A stretch of DNA of 64,000 nucleotides. It comes from Candidatus Edwardsbacteria bacterium RifOxyA12_full_54_48 (lineage in GTDB: Bacteria > Edwardsbacteria > AC1 > EtOH8). The stretch lies in contig MFFN01000007.1 of the NCBI GenBank assembly GCA_001777915.1, positions 4,807 through 68,806 on the forward strand, in the 5' to 3' direction. Numbering within the stretch: the stretch's first letter is position 1; each line of letters opens with the position of its first letter. Shown piece after piece: positions 28,276 through 36,543 of this stretch. A program made the translations under genes and the position numbers. The notes under the pieces were generated by a model. The model was given only the letters and a program-made list of their open reading frames with translations. It searched no databases and was not told the origin of the DNA.

Positions 28276-28749
28276 ATGAAATGTCCAGCCTGTTCTTTCC
28301 CCAAGGACAAGGTGATCGACTCCCGCTTATGTAAGGATGGCCAGGCCATTCGCCGCCGCAGGGAATGCCTGCAGTGCCATCGCCGTTACACCACCTACGA
28401 GTACATAGAATCAGCCCTGATGGTCGTAAAAAAGGACGGCCGGCGGGAGGCTTTTGACCACCAGAAGCTTATTTCCGGCATCCGCCGGGCGGTGGAGAAG
28501 AGGCCCATCAGCATCGACGCCCTGGAGAGGATGGTTGAGACCATCGAGAACGAACTCCAGGCGGGGGGTCATAACGAGGTACCGGCCGACGTCATCGGGG
28601 AACATGTGATGAAGCATCTCCAGGAGCTGGACGGGGTGGCCTACGTGCGTTTTGCCTCGGTCTACCGTTCCTTCCGCGAGGTGTCCGAATTCGCCGATGC
28701 GGCCAAGTCATTCGCCGAAAAAACCCAGCAAAAAAATATAAAAAAGTGA
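28276..28749 (+). CDS. nrdR: Transcriptional repressor NrdR
   Basis: N-terminal Zn-ribbon 'MKCPACSFPKDKVIDSR ... RRRRECLQCHRRYTTYE' followed by an ATP-cone. Confidence 0.9.
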   Translation: MKCPACSFPKDKVIDSRLCKDGQAIRRRRECLQCHRRYTTYEYIESALMVVKKDGRREAFDHQKLISGIRRAVEKRPISIDALERMVETIENELQAGGHNEVPADVIGEHVMKHLQELDGVAYVRFASVYRSFREVSEFADAAKSFAEKTQQKNIKK

Positions 28750-28756
28750 GGGAGCA

Positions 28757-31186
28757 ATGCCAGATAAAAACCGTGAGCTACTAGCCAGCCCGTCCACCCC
28801 CGAAACCCAGGAGCCTCCCCGCTTTTTATTTGCCGGAGAGAAGATCAAAGACCTGCACAGCTCTCTGGCCAACAAGATGTTCCATTTGGTCCAGAAGCGC
28901 AACGGCAATATAGTCAATTTCGACAAACGCAAGATCACCGAGGCCATCTTCAAGGCCGCCCAGGCGGTGGGCGGCACGGACAGCAGCGTCTCCGGGAACC
29001 TGGCCGACGAGGTGGTGCTCTTTTTGTATTCCTCCAAGGGCGATCATCTGCCCAACGTGGAACAGGTTCAGGATGCCGTGGAAAAAATCCTGATAGAACG
29101 CGGCCATGCCAAGACCGCCAAGGCCTATATTCTTTACCGCGACCAGCGGTCCAAGATCCGCCAGCAGAAGATCGTTGCCAGGCCCGATTCGGCAGAAGCC
29201 GGAAAGGAACAGGACGCCACCGATCTGGCGCTGTTCGTCCGGGTGTCGGACGACAACATCGTCCAGTGGGACCGGGAGAGGATCATCAGCGCCCTTAAAA
29301 AGGAGGCCGGGGTGGCCGAGGATATAGCCCACAAGATCGCCCGGGAGGTGGAGGACCAGATCATCAGCGCCAAGGTCAAGCGCCTGACCTCGTCCCTGGT
29401 CCGGGAACTGGTGGATGCCAAACTGGTGGAGCATGGCCTGGAGGAGGCCCGCAAGAAGCACTCCCGGCTGGGGCTTCCCCTGTTCGACGTGGAGAAGATC
29501 CTGACCGACCGCAACCGGGAGAACGCCAACATCCCCCACAATCCCGAGGCCACCAACATGTCGCTGGCCGAGACCATCAACAAGCAGTATGCCCTGGCCA
29601 AGGTCTTCTCCCAGGAGGTGGCCGATGCCCACTCCCGGGGCGATATTCACCTGCACGACCTGGGATTCATCAACCGGCCCTACTGTTCCGGGCAGAGCCT
29701 GGAATATGTCAAAAAATTCGGCCTGTCCCTGCCCAATGCCCTGTCCATCGCCAAGCCTGCCCGGCATGCCGACACCCTGCTGGCCCACATGGTAAAGTTC
29801 TCGGCCGCCCTGCAGGGGCATTTTGCCGGGGCCATCGGCTGGGATGCCGTCAATGTCTTCTTCGCCCCGTATCTGGTGGGCATGTCCGACCGCGACATGC
29901 AGCAGCTGGCCCAGATGATGATCTTTGAATACAGCCAGCAGTCGGTGGCCCGGGGCGGCCAGGCCATCTTCTCCGACCTGAACATCTACTGGGAGACCCC
30001 AAAGCATTTCGAGAACGTCCCGGCCATAGGCCCGGGCGGCGAGTATACCGGAAAGAAATACGGCGATTATCTAAAGGAGTCCCAGCGCTTCGCCTGGGCC
30101 CTGTTCGATGTCTACAAGGGGGGAGACGGCACCGGGCGTCCCTTCTTCTTTCCCAAGCCCCAGGTCCACATCACCGAAAAATTCTACCTGACGCCCGGCC
30201 ATCTGGATTTCCTCAACCATATCTCCCAGGTGGCGGCCGAGAAGGGCAACACCTATTTCGTGTTCGACCGGGGCGAGACCGCCAAGATATCCGAATGCTG
30301 CCGGCTGGCCTTCAAGCTGGAGGAGTCCGATCTGCAGGACGCCCACTTCCCCTGGAAGATGAGATATTCCGCCCTGCAGAACATCACTTTGAACCTGCCG
30401 CGCATCGCCTACCTGGCCAAGGGCGACACCAGCGCCCTGTTCAAAAAGATGGATGACTTCCTGCACCTCTCCGCCAAGGGCCACATTCAAAAGCGCAAGT
30501 TCATCGAAAAGCTGATGTCCCTGAAAGACCAGGGTCCGCTGGCACTGCTGGCCATGGAGAAGGACGGGGAGTCCTATCTGCGCCTGCCCCGGGTGTCGTT
30601 CCTTATAGGCATGCTGGGCCTGAACGAGATGGTCCAGATCCACACCGGCCAGGAGATGCACCAATCAACCGAGGCCTTCAAGTTCGGGTTGAAGGTCATC
30701 GCCTACCTGCATCTAAAGACCAAGGAGCTGGCCAAGGAATACAACATGAAGTTCGTACTGGAGCAGACCCCGGCCGAGAGCACCGCCTTCCGCTTTGCCA
30801 AGCTGGACCTGGAGCAATTCCCCAAGGAGGCCGAGAAGGTGGTCAAGGGCAACCTCAAGGATAATTCGGTCTATTACACCAACTCCACCTATCTGAACGT
30901 CTCTCATGCGGTCAACCCCATCGACCGGGTCAAGCAGGAGGGCAAGTTCCACGACATGATCGAGGCCGGGGCCCTGACCCATATCTGGATCGCCGATTCC
31001 CATCCTTCCCCGGAATCCATCGCCAATTTTGTCACCAAGACCTTCCGCCACACCCGCAATGCCCAGATCGCCTTCTCGCCGGAGTTCACCACCTGCAACG
31101 TCTGCAGCAAGGTCTACCGGGGCCTGATGGACGAGTGCCCGCACTGCAGCGGGAAGAGGGTCAGCGGGATTGAACGGATAAAGTAG
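28757..31186 (+). CDS. nrdD: Anaerobic ribonucleoside-triphosphate reductase large ORF (class III NrdD-like): ATP-cone(s), catalytic domain and Zn-ribbon, but no glycyl-radical motif
   Basis: 809 aa. ATP-cone 'VNFDKRKITEAIFKA'; 'NITLNLPRIAYLAKGD' reminiscent of NrdD; C-terminal Zn-ribbon 'TTCNVCSKVYRGLMDECPHCSG', then stop after 'KRVSGIERIK' with no R-x-x-G-Y motif. Operon context nrdR upstream, nrdG downstream. Confidence 0.7.
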   Translation: MPDKNRELLASPSTPETQEPPRFLFAGEKIKDLHSSLANKMFHLVQKRNGNIVNFDKRKITEAIFKAAQAVGGTDSSVSGNLADEVVLFLYSSKGDHLPNVEQVQDAVEKILIERGHAKTAKAYILYRDQRSKIRQQKIVARPDSAEAGKEQDATDLALFVRVSDDNIVQWDRERIISALKKEAGVAEDIAHKIAREVEDQIISAKVKRLTSSLVRELVDAKLVEHGLEEARKKHSRLGLPLFDVEKILTDRNRENANIPHNPEATNMSLAETINKQYALAKVFSQEVADAHSRGDIHLHDLGFINRPYCSGQSLEYVKKFGLSLPNALSIAKPARHADTLLAHMVKFSAALQGHFAGAIGWDAVNVFFAPYLVGMSDRDMQQLAQMMIFEYSQQSVARGGQAIFSDLNIYWETPKHFENVPAIGPGGEYTGKKYGDYLKESQRFAWALFDVYKGGDGTGRPFFFPKPQVHITEKFYLTPGHLDFLNHISQVAAEKGNTYFVFDRGETAKISECCRLAFKLEESDLQDAHFPWKMRYSALQNITLNLPRIAYLAKGDTSALFKKMDDFLHLSAKGHIQKRKFIEKLMSLKDQGPLALLAMEKDGESYLRLPRVSFLIGMLGLNEMVQIHTGQEMHQSTEAFKFGLKVIAYLHLKTKELAKEYNMKFVLEQTPAESTAFRFAKLDLEQFPKEAEKVVKGNLKDNSVYYTNSTYLNVSHAVNPIDRVKQEGKFHDMIEAGALTHIWIADSHPSPESIANFVTKTFRHTRNAQIAFSPEFTTCNVCSKVYRGLMDECPHCSGKRVSGIERIK

Positions 31187-31209
31187 GTCCGGCAGAAGTA
31201 TTCAGTATA

Positions 31210-31293
31210 CAGGAGACAGTATACTGTAGGGGCGAAGTCTCTTCGCCCCGGGCCTAATCCAGATAATAGTGCGAAGTCCCTTCGCCCGGACCC
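31210..31293 (+). repeat. Direct repeat copy A (~80 bp, twin hairpins) flanking the CreD-like gene
   Basis: 'caggagacagta...ggggcgaagtctcttcgccccgggcctaatccagataatagtgcgaagtcccttcgcccggaccc'; contains hairpins GGGGCGAAG/CTTCGCCCC and GCGAAG/CTTCGC. Confidence 0.7.
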
Positions 31294-31321
31294 AAATGAT
31301 GCAGTTCAGCAAGGAGTGATC

Positions 31322-32575
31322 ATGGCCAAAAAGATAGCCGCCATCGTCTTCGTTTTCTTCTGCACCGCCATGGCCTGGGTGATCCTGGGCGGGGTGACGG
31401 TGGACCGCACCAACTCCCAGGACAGCAAGCTCAAGCGGGCGGTGGGCCAGCTGTGGGGCACCACCCAGCGCCAGAGCGCGCCGCTGGTGTTCTACCAGGT
31501 CAGGCAGGAGCAGAAGGTGGTCAAGGCCACCGAGGGGGGCAGGACCGTCACCGAGACCAGGACCAGCCTGTCCGATTACTACCTGAACCTGGAATCCAGC
31601 GACATCAGGGCCGACCTGAGGCTGACCCACCGCAAAAAGGGCCTGCTGTGGTATTCCACCTATCAGGTGGATTTCGACGGCACCTACGGTTTGATCAACA
31701 GCACCTCGGATGAACGCCAGATCTGCTTCCAGTATTCCTTCCCCTCCCGGGACGGCATCTACGACGATTTCGCCATCTCGGTCAACGGCCTGCCGGAGAA
31801 GGAGCTGGTGCCCACCGACGGCAAGATCTGCAAATGGATCCGGCTGAAGCCCGGCCAGACCGCCCAGGTGCGGGTGGCCTACCACTCCCAGGGGCTGGAC
31901 CAGTGGTGGTACGTCTTCGGGGACAATATCTCGCAGATCCGCAATTTTAAGCTGGCCATGACCACCGATTTCGGGCGGATAGATTTCCCGGAGAACGCCA
32001 TCTCGCCCACCGCCAAGCATGCCCTGAGTAATATCGGAGGGACCAAGAAGGGCGGGGGATGGGAGCTAATCTGGCAGTACACCAACCTGATCTCCGGGAT
32101 CCAGATCGGCATGGATATGCCCAAGAAAATAAACCCCGGTCCCTTCGTCAGCAAGATCAGCTTCTTCGCGCCGGTGTCTTTATTCCTGTTCTTCTTCCTG
32201 GTGTTCATCATCACCGCCCTGCGCGGCATAAAACTGCACCCCATGCATTACTTCTTCCTGGCGGCGTCGTTCTTTGCCTTCCACCTGCTGATGGCCTACC
32301 TGGCGGACCACGCCGACATCTACCTGGCGTTCTTCATCAGCGCGGCGGTGTCGGTGTTCCTGGCGGTGTCCTATATGCGGATCGTGGCCGGGGCCCGCTT
32401 TGCCCTGGTGGAGACGGCCCTGGCCCAGCTGGTTTACCTGGTGTTCTTTTCCTACGCCTTCTTCTGGGAGGGATACACCGGGCTGGCCATCACCATCTGC
32501 TGTATTGCCACGCTGTTCGTGGTGATGCAGTTCACGGCCAGGATAGATTGGGATAAGCAGTTTTCGGGGAAATGA
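31322..32575 (+). CDS. CreD-like inner membrane protein (N-terminal TM, large periplasmic domain, C-terminal multi-TM region)
   Basis: Topology and length resemble CreD-family envelope proteins. AAGGAG 5 nt upstream of the ATG at 31322. Family assignment is by architecture only. Confidence 0.45.
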   Translation: MAKKIAAIVFVFFCTAMAWVILGGVTVDRTNSQDSKLKRAVGQLWGTTQRQSAPLVFYQVRQEQKVVKATEGGRTVTETRTSLSDYYLNLESSDIRADLRLTHRKKGLLWYSTYQVDFDGTYGLINSTSDERQICFQYSFPSRDGIYDDFAISVNGLPEKELVPTDGKICKWIRLKPGQTAQVRVAYHSQGLDQWWYVFGDNISQIRNFKLAMTTDFGRIDFPENAISPTAKHALSNIGGTKKGGGWELIWQYTNLISGIQIGMDMPKKINPGPFVSKISFFAPVSLFLFFFLVFIITALRGIKLHPMHYFFLAASFFAFHLLMAYLADHADIYLAFFISAAVSVFLAVSYMRIVAGARFALVETALAQLVYLVFFSYAFFWEGYTGLAITICCIATLFVVMQFTARIDWDKQFSGK

Positions 32576-32608
32576 GGGGCAAGTAGGCGGGTATGGGTAT
32601 TCAGGAGA

Positions 32609-32684
32609 CAGGAGACAGTAGGGGCGAAGTCTCTTCGCTCTGGGCCTAATCAAGAAGATAGTGATGAAGGGCCTTCGCCCGACC
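32609..32684 (+). repeat. Direct repeat copy B (~76 bp) flanking the CreD-like gene
   Basis: 'caggagacagtaggggcgaagtctcttcgctctgggcctaatcaagaagatagtgatgaagggccttcgcccgacccc'; by eye roughly 85-90% identical to copy A apart from a 6-nt indel. Confidence 0.7.
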
Positions 32685-32850
32685 CCTCCCTGGCCCTCCC
32701 CGCAGCGGAGAGGGAATGGACATTGCGAAGAGGCGAGTTAATGTAAGAAAAAGCCAAGCGTTTAATGCTGTGAGTGTACTGAAATGAATTTTACTAAAGG
32801 TGCGTATTCAAATAACTATTACTAAGATTGTAGAAAAAATAGGGGGTTTT

Positions 32851-33093
32851 ATGGAAATTGTGAGAAAAGCACCTGCAGCCTTGAATCTTTTATGGAAAGA
32901 AGGTTTTTTTAAGAAGGATAAAAGTATAGCTGAAGTAGAAACTGTGTTGCACGAGAAAGGTTATAATTTTGGTTCTGCCACACGTAAGGCACTAGAGCGT
33001 ACAAAGTTTCTTATGCAAAAAGGTGAAAGGGGTAATAGGAGGTTCATACAGAAGCACCCATATGTGGAGATAAAAAATGAAAAACACAAGTAA
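32851..33093 (+). CDS. Hypothetical small basic protein (AT-rich island, paralog 1)
   Basis: ATG at 32851 with AGGGGG 5-10 nt upstream. Shares a 'KEGFFKKDKSIAEVETVLHEKGY...RKALER' region with the next ORF. Confidence 0.45.
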   Translation: MEIVRKAPAALNLLWKEGFFKKDKSIAEVETVLHEKGYNFGSATRKALERTKFLMQKGERGNRRFIQKHPYVEIKNEKHK

Positions 33094-33400
33094 GGATTTA
33101 TTGAAAGTATTAGTAGATCACGAAAAACGTATATCGAGGTTAGAAAGTTCGGGCGCAAAAATTAAACCACCAAGAGTAAAGAAAAATATCTCTCTGCCAG
33201 ATCATATTCTTGCATTAAGAGACAAGGGTTTCTTTGCCAAACCTAAAACAGTAGAAGATACACAGAATAGGTTATCAGATTTCTATTCATGTGATAAGAA
33301 CCGTGTAGCAGTGGCACTATTAAGGTTATCTACCAAAAAGCAATTACGAAGAACTTCAACAAAGAAAAACGATAAAAATAATATTGCGTTTACATGGTGA
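33077..33400 (+). CDS. Hypothetical small basic protein (AT-rich island, paralog 2)
   Basis: 107 aa. 'DKGFFAKPKTVEDTQNRLSDFY...RVAVALLRL' aligns with the previous ORF. Lys-rich C-terminus. Confidence 0.45.
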   Translation: MKNTSKDLLKVLVDHEKRISRLESSGAKIKPPRVKKNISLPDHILALRDKGFFAKPKTVEDTQNRLSDFYSCDKNRVAVALLRLSTKKQLRRTSTKKNDKNNIAFTW

Positions 33401-34182
33401 GCAACATGAATAAACCCGATATAATAAAAAAAATAAAACTTATACAAATTAAAAAGAATACAATCCAGTATTATATTATACAATTATTAATTAAGGGAAT
33501 ACTAAACGACATAGTTGATTCGGCGGGTTTGGCTCATCTTATTAATGAAGAGTATCAAAGGAAGATTAAACCCTCAGATATTGTGGCATGCATTAAGCCC
33601 ATTGTTAGTAACGATATATTACGTAGTCTTATTATCAAAAAGGGTAAACGGTCATATAGGTATTGGTATCCAGCTTGGATAGCAAAGGATGTCGCTATTT
33701 CTAGGGTCAATAAAACAAAAGAAAAGGTATTGTTTATTACTGGACATGAAGCATGGTCAGACCAAAATAAAAGATTAAAAAGTATTTTCGATATTTTGGA
33801 AGGCGAAATAGATATCATCGATCCTTATTATGGATATAATACCCTGCATGCGCTATCATTATTTGGGAAAACAAGAAAGGTCCGTTTTCTAACTTGCAAT
33901 ACTGGTAATAGTGAAAAACGAGATATTACAAATTTTAATTTGCAGTTTGCAAGATTTAAAAAAGAATTTCGTAATATATTATTCAAACAATTTGCGTTAC
34001 CTGAAATACACGATAGGTATATTTTGTCTAAAAATGCAATTGTTATCATCGGTCATGGGATAAAAGATATTGGCAACAAAGAGTCCTTTGTCATTTATCT
34101 AGAGAAAGAATTGGTTTCCAAAATATTGCCAACACTGCGAAAACTATTCAATCTTAAATGGAGCAATTCAATAAATATATAA
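33394..34182 (+). CDS. Hypothetical protein (AT-rich island) with a C-terminal segment resembling a degenerate PLD-like (H-x-K-type) motif
   Basis: 262 aa. 'IHDRYILSKNAIVIIGHGIKDIG' resembles the PLD/Nuc 'HxK(x)4D(x)6G' signature but with Arg in place of Lys. No confident family assignment. Confidence 0.4.
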   Translation: MVSNMNKPDIIKKIKLIQIKKNTIQYYIIQLLIKGILNDIVDSAGLAHLINEEYQRKIKPSDIVACIKPIVSNDILRSLIIKKGKRSYRYWYPAWIAKDVAISRVNKTKEKVLFITGHEAWSDQNKRLKSIFDILEGEIDIIDPYYGYNTLHALSLFGKTRKVRFLTCNTGNSEKRDITNFNLQFARFKKEFRNILFKQFALPEIHDRYILSKNAIVIIGHGIKDIGNKESFVIYLEKELVSKILPTLRKLFNLKWSNSINI

Positions 34183-34313
34183 TAAAGTGCTATGTGGTTG
34201 TAGGCATTGTAGTTGCGATAGTTAGTATTTAATAAATTGTCTTCGTTTTTTTTTCTGCACCACGGGCTTGGATCATCTTGAGTGGGTGGTAAACAACTCT
34301 TGGCAATAAGTAA

Positions 34314-34333
34314 GGACACGGCATGCCGTGTCC
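34314..34333 (+). promoter_or_regulatory. Perfect 20-bp palindrome upstream of the glycyl-radical ORF (candidate operator or stem-loop)
   Basis: 'GGACACGGCATGCCGTGTCC'; arms 'acaC...Gtgt' resemble the outer positions of NrdR-box palindromes; lies about 45 nt upstream of the ATG at 34376. Confidence 0.45.
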
Positions 34334-34375
34334 CAACAGATAGATAAAATCAAAATAATATAAACGGAGGTCATC

Positions 34376-34663
34376 ATGGAACTGCAGGAACTGAAGGACA
34401 AACTGAGCGCCGAGAAGCACATCTACGACTTCACCGAAGAGGGCGGGGACGTCATCATCCGCAACAAGAAGCACGGGGTCAAGATCCGCTGCAGCGCCGA
34501 GGCCGTCGCCAAGCACGACTGGGCCACCATCAAGTCCCAGACCGTGGGCGGCCGGGACGTCAACCACATCACCCGGGTCACCGGCTATTTCACCATCGTG
34601 GAGGGCTGGAACAAGGGCAAGCTGGGCGAGCTCAAGGACCGCTACCACTCCCAGATCGCCTGA
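34376..34663 (+). CDS. Standalone glycyl-radical domain protein with NrdD-type C-terminal motif
   Basis: 95 aa. 'ITRVTGYFTIVEGWNKGKLGELKDR' matches the class III RNR C-terminal glycyl-radical region (E. coli NrdD 'RVCGYLGSPDARPFNAGKQEEVKRR' as recalled from memory). Own RBS (GGAGG) and ATG. Confidence 0.6.
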   Translation: MELQELKDKLSAEKHIYDFTEEGGDVIIRNKKHGVKIRCSAEAVAKHDWATIKSQTVGGRDVNHITRVTGYFTIVEGWNKGKLGELKDRYHSQIA

Positions 34664-34799
34664 TAGGGTTCGTCATTCCCTTGGAAGCTTGTCCTCGCGA
34701 AAGCGGGGAAGGGGATCCGGGGATATCAGAGTGGATTCCAGCCTTGCGCTGGAATGACTATCCTATAATAATTAAATCTACAAGGATAAGGCATATACT

Positions 34800-35075
34800 A
34801 TGGAACTGAAAGTTTTCGGCCGGCCCACCTGCCAGGTCTGCAAGCAGGCCATGGAAAAGATCAACTATTTCCTGGACAAGTGGGAATTCCAGGGCAAGGT
34901 GCCGCTCACCTATTTCGACATGGACACGGTGGACGGCCTGGCCGAGGGTGCCTTTTACGAGGTGTCGGACATCCCCACCGTGGTCCTGCTGAACAACCAG
35001 GACGAGATGGACCGCTGGGTCAAGCGGCCCCCGCTGTCCAAGGAACTGAAGCCTTACCTGGATCCGGCGGTTTAA
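34800..35075 (+). CDS. Thioredoxin/glutaredoxin-like small redoxin (NrdH-like context)
   Basis: 91 aa. Single CxxC 'GRPTCQVCKQA' near the N-terminus; thioredoxin-fold length; lies between the glycyl-radical ORF and nrdG. Confidence 0.55.
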   Translation: MELKVFGRPTCQVCKQAMEKINYFLDKWEFQGKVPLTYFDMDTVDGLAEGAFYEVSDIPTVVLLNNQDEMDRWVKRPPLSKELKPYLDPAV

Positions 35076-35259
35076 TCGTCTTTTAAAGCTTTTTGCCATC
35101 AAGACACCAAGGCACTAAACAGAATTTACCCTTTAATTAGGAATTTTAATAATCTTTGTGTCTTTGTGCCTTTGTGGTTAAGGGTATCTGTTCTTTAATA
35201 CCCTGATTAGCCTACAGTGTGGATATTGGGGTTTCTATGACATCACAATTGTAATTATC

Positions 35260-35958
35260 ATGGAAATAAAAGGCTTCATCGAAACATCGCTGATCGACTG
35301 GGACGGAAAGATCGTCTCGGTCCTTTTTCTTCCCGGCTGCAACTTCCGCTGTCCGTTCTGCCACAATCATGTTTTGGTCAAGCACCCGGAGCAGATCGCC
35401 GACGTCCCCTGGAAACGCATAGAAACGTTTTTAAAGGGCAAGAAGGGCTGGATAGACGGGGTGGTGATCACCGGGGGTGAGCCCACCATCCACCAGGATC
35501 TGATGCCCCTGCTGACGAAACTGAAGGAAATGGGCCTGCCGGCCAAATTAGACACCAACGGCAGCAACCCGGCCCTGTTAAGGGAGATAATAGACCTGGG
35601 CCTGGTAAAATTCATCGCCATGGACATCAAGGCCTCTTTCGACGGATCCTATGACCGGGCCTGCGGGGTTGCCGTAAACAAAGAGAATATCAGGGAAAGC
35701 ATCGGCCTGATCATGTCCTCCGGCCTGGAGTATGAGTTCCGCACCACCATTGTTCCGCAATATCACGATCTGGATTCGGTTGAAAATATGGCAAAAGAGA
35801 TAAAAGGGGCAAAAAAGTGGGTTTTACAGCAGTTTGTCCAAACCAATGCCGACGACGAGGGGCTACGTAGTCTGCCGCCATATGATGAGGAATACCTGGA
35901 GGAGATGAAAAAGAGGGCGAAAGGATTGGTGGAAAGGGTGGTTTTAAGGGGAATATAA
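35260..35958 (+). CDS. nrdG: Anaerobic ribonucleotide reductase activating protein-like radical SAM enzyme
   Basis: 232 aa. Radical-SAM cluster motif 'PGCNFRCPFCHN'; 'GVVITGGEPT'. Confidence 0.75.
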   Translation: MEIKGFIETSLIDWDGKIVSVLFLPGCNFRCPFCHNHVLVKHPEQIADVPWKRIETFLKGKKGWIDGVVITGGEPTIHQDLMPLLTKLKEMGLPAKLDTNGSNPALLREIIDLGLVKFIAMDIKASFDGSYDRACGVAVNKENIRESIGLIMSSGLEYEFRTTIVPQYHDLDSVENMAKEIKGAKKWVLQQFVQTNADDEGLRSLPPYDEEYLEEMKKRAKGLVERVVLRGI

Positions 35959-35982
35959 GCAATAATATCATATATAATGAAT

Positions 35983-36010
35983 AAACGCCCCGGCAGGAGC
36001 CGGGGCGTTT
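35983..36010. terminator. Bidirectional terminator between nrdG and the convergent lipoprotein gene
   Basis: 'aaacgccccggc-agga-gccggggcgttt' flanked by A/T runs. Confidence 0.65.
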
Positions 36011-36023
36011 ATTGTTTTGAAGA

Positions 36024-36425
36024 TCAATACCAGATCTTTGGGGTGGTTACGGTGAAGGTCTTATTGTAACCGTAGGCATCGGTCCCGGTAAAAGTGACCT
36101 GAACCGAGGCGCCTGCCCCCATGGCCGGATAAGTGGGGGTGAAGGTATATGAATAGACGCCGCCGCCCGGAACATAACCGGCGATATTATAGCTTTCAAC
36201 GATCGGGGTTGTTCCGACTGTATCAGTAAAGGTGGTGGTCCGCTTGTTAAGGACGGCATCAACGTAATTCATGTTCTCAAAAGACACGGTTAATATCCCG
36301 CCGCCGCCCGGAGGGTCAACATCGGTGATTATCAATTCCGGCGCCGGGGTCACAGAACTGCAACCCACAATGGTCAGCAGGGCTATGAAAATCAGGGAAA
36401 TTAACTTTTTCATGGTAACCTCCAA
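36024..36425 (-). CDS. Hypothetical small lipoprotein
   Basis: 133 aa. Lipobox 'LTIVGCSS'; Thr/Gly-rich beta-like sequence. Confidence 0.5.
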   Translation of the reverse strand: MEVTMKKLISLIFIALLTIVGCSSVTPAPELIITDVDPPGGGGILTVSFENMNYVDAVLNKRTTTFTDTVGTTPIVESYNIAGYVPGGGVYSYTFTPTYPAMGAGASVQVTFTGTDAYGYNKTFTVTTPKIWY

Positions 36426-36543
36426 AATATTTTGGTTTGTTGAATTATCCCTTTAAGTGTCCCTATCAATTGGATAGTATAGTGTAACTTAGTGATTATG
36501 TCAAGAGAAAAAATAAAAAAAAATAAAAAAATAAAAAAAGTTC

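Noticed and set aside
31186-34376. Group I/II intron or intein interrupting nrdD, by analogy with the phage T4 nrdD intron
   Set aside because: No reverse transcriptase or homing-endonuclease-like ORF is present; the intervening DNA carries independent genes with their own RBSs; the downstream glycyl-radical ORF has its own start codon and RBS; an intein would leave one continuous frame. Splicing cannot be fully excluded without RNA data.
34376-34663. Small glycyl-radical ORF as a PFL-type GrcA/YfiD homolog
   Set aside because: The sequence after the G-Y ('...EGWNKGKLGELKDR') matches the NrdD C-terminal pattern rather than the PFL/GrcA pattern, and the gene context is nrdD/nrdG rather than pfl.
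36463-36477. Palindrome-like 'ctatcaattggatag' upstream of the pil promoter as an operator
   Set aside because: The inverted repeat is imperfect and short; not distinguishable from chance by eye.
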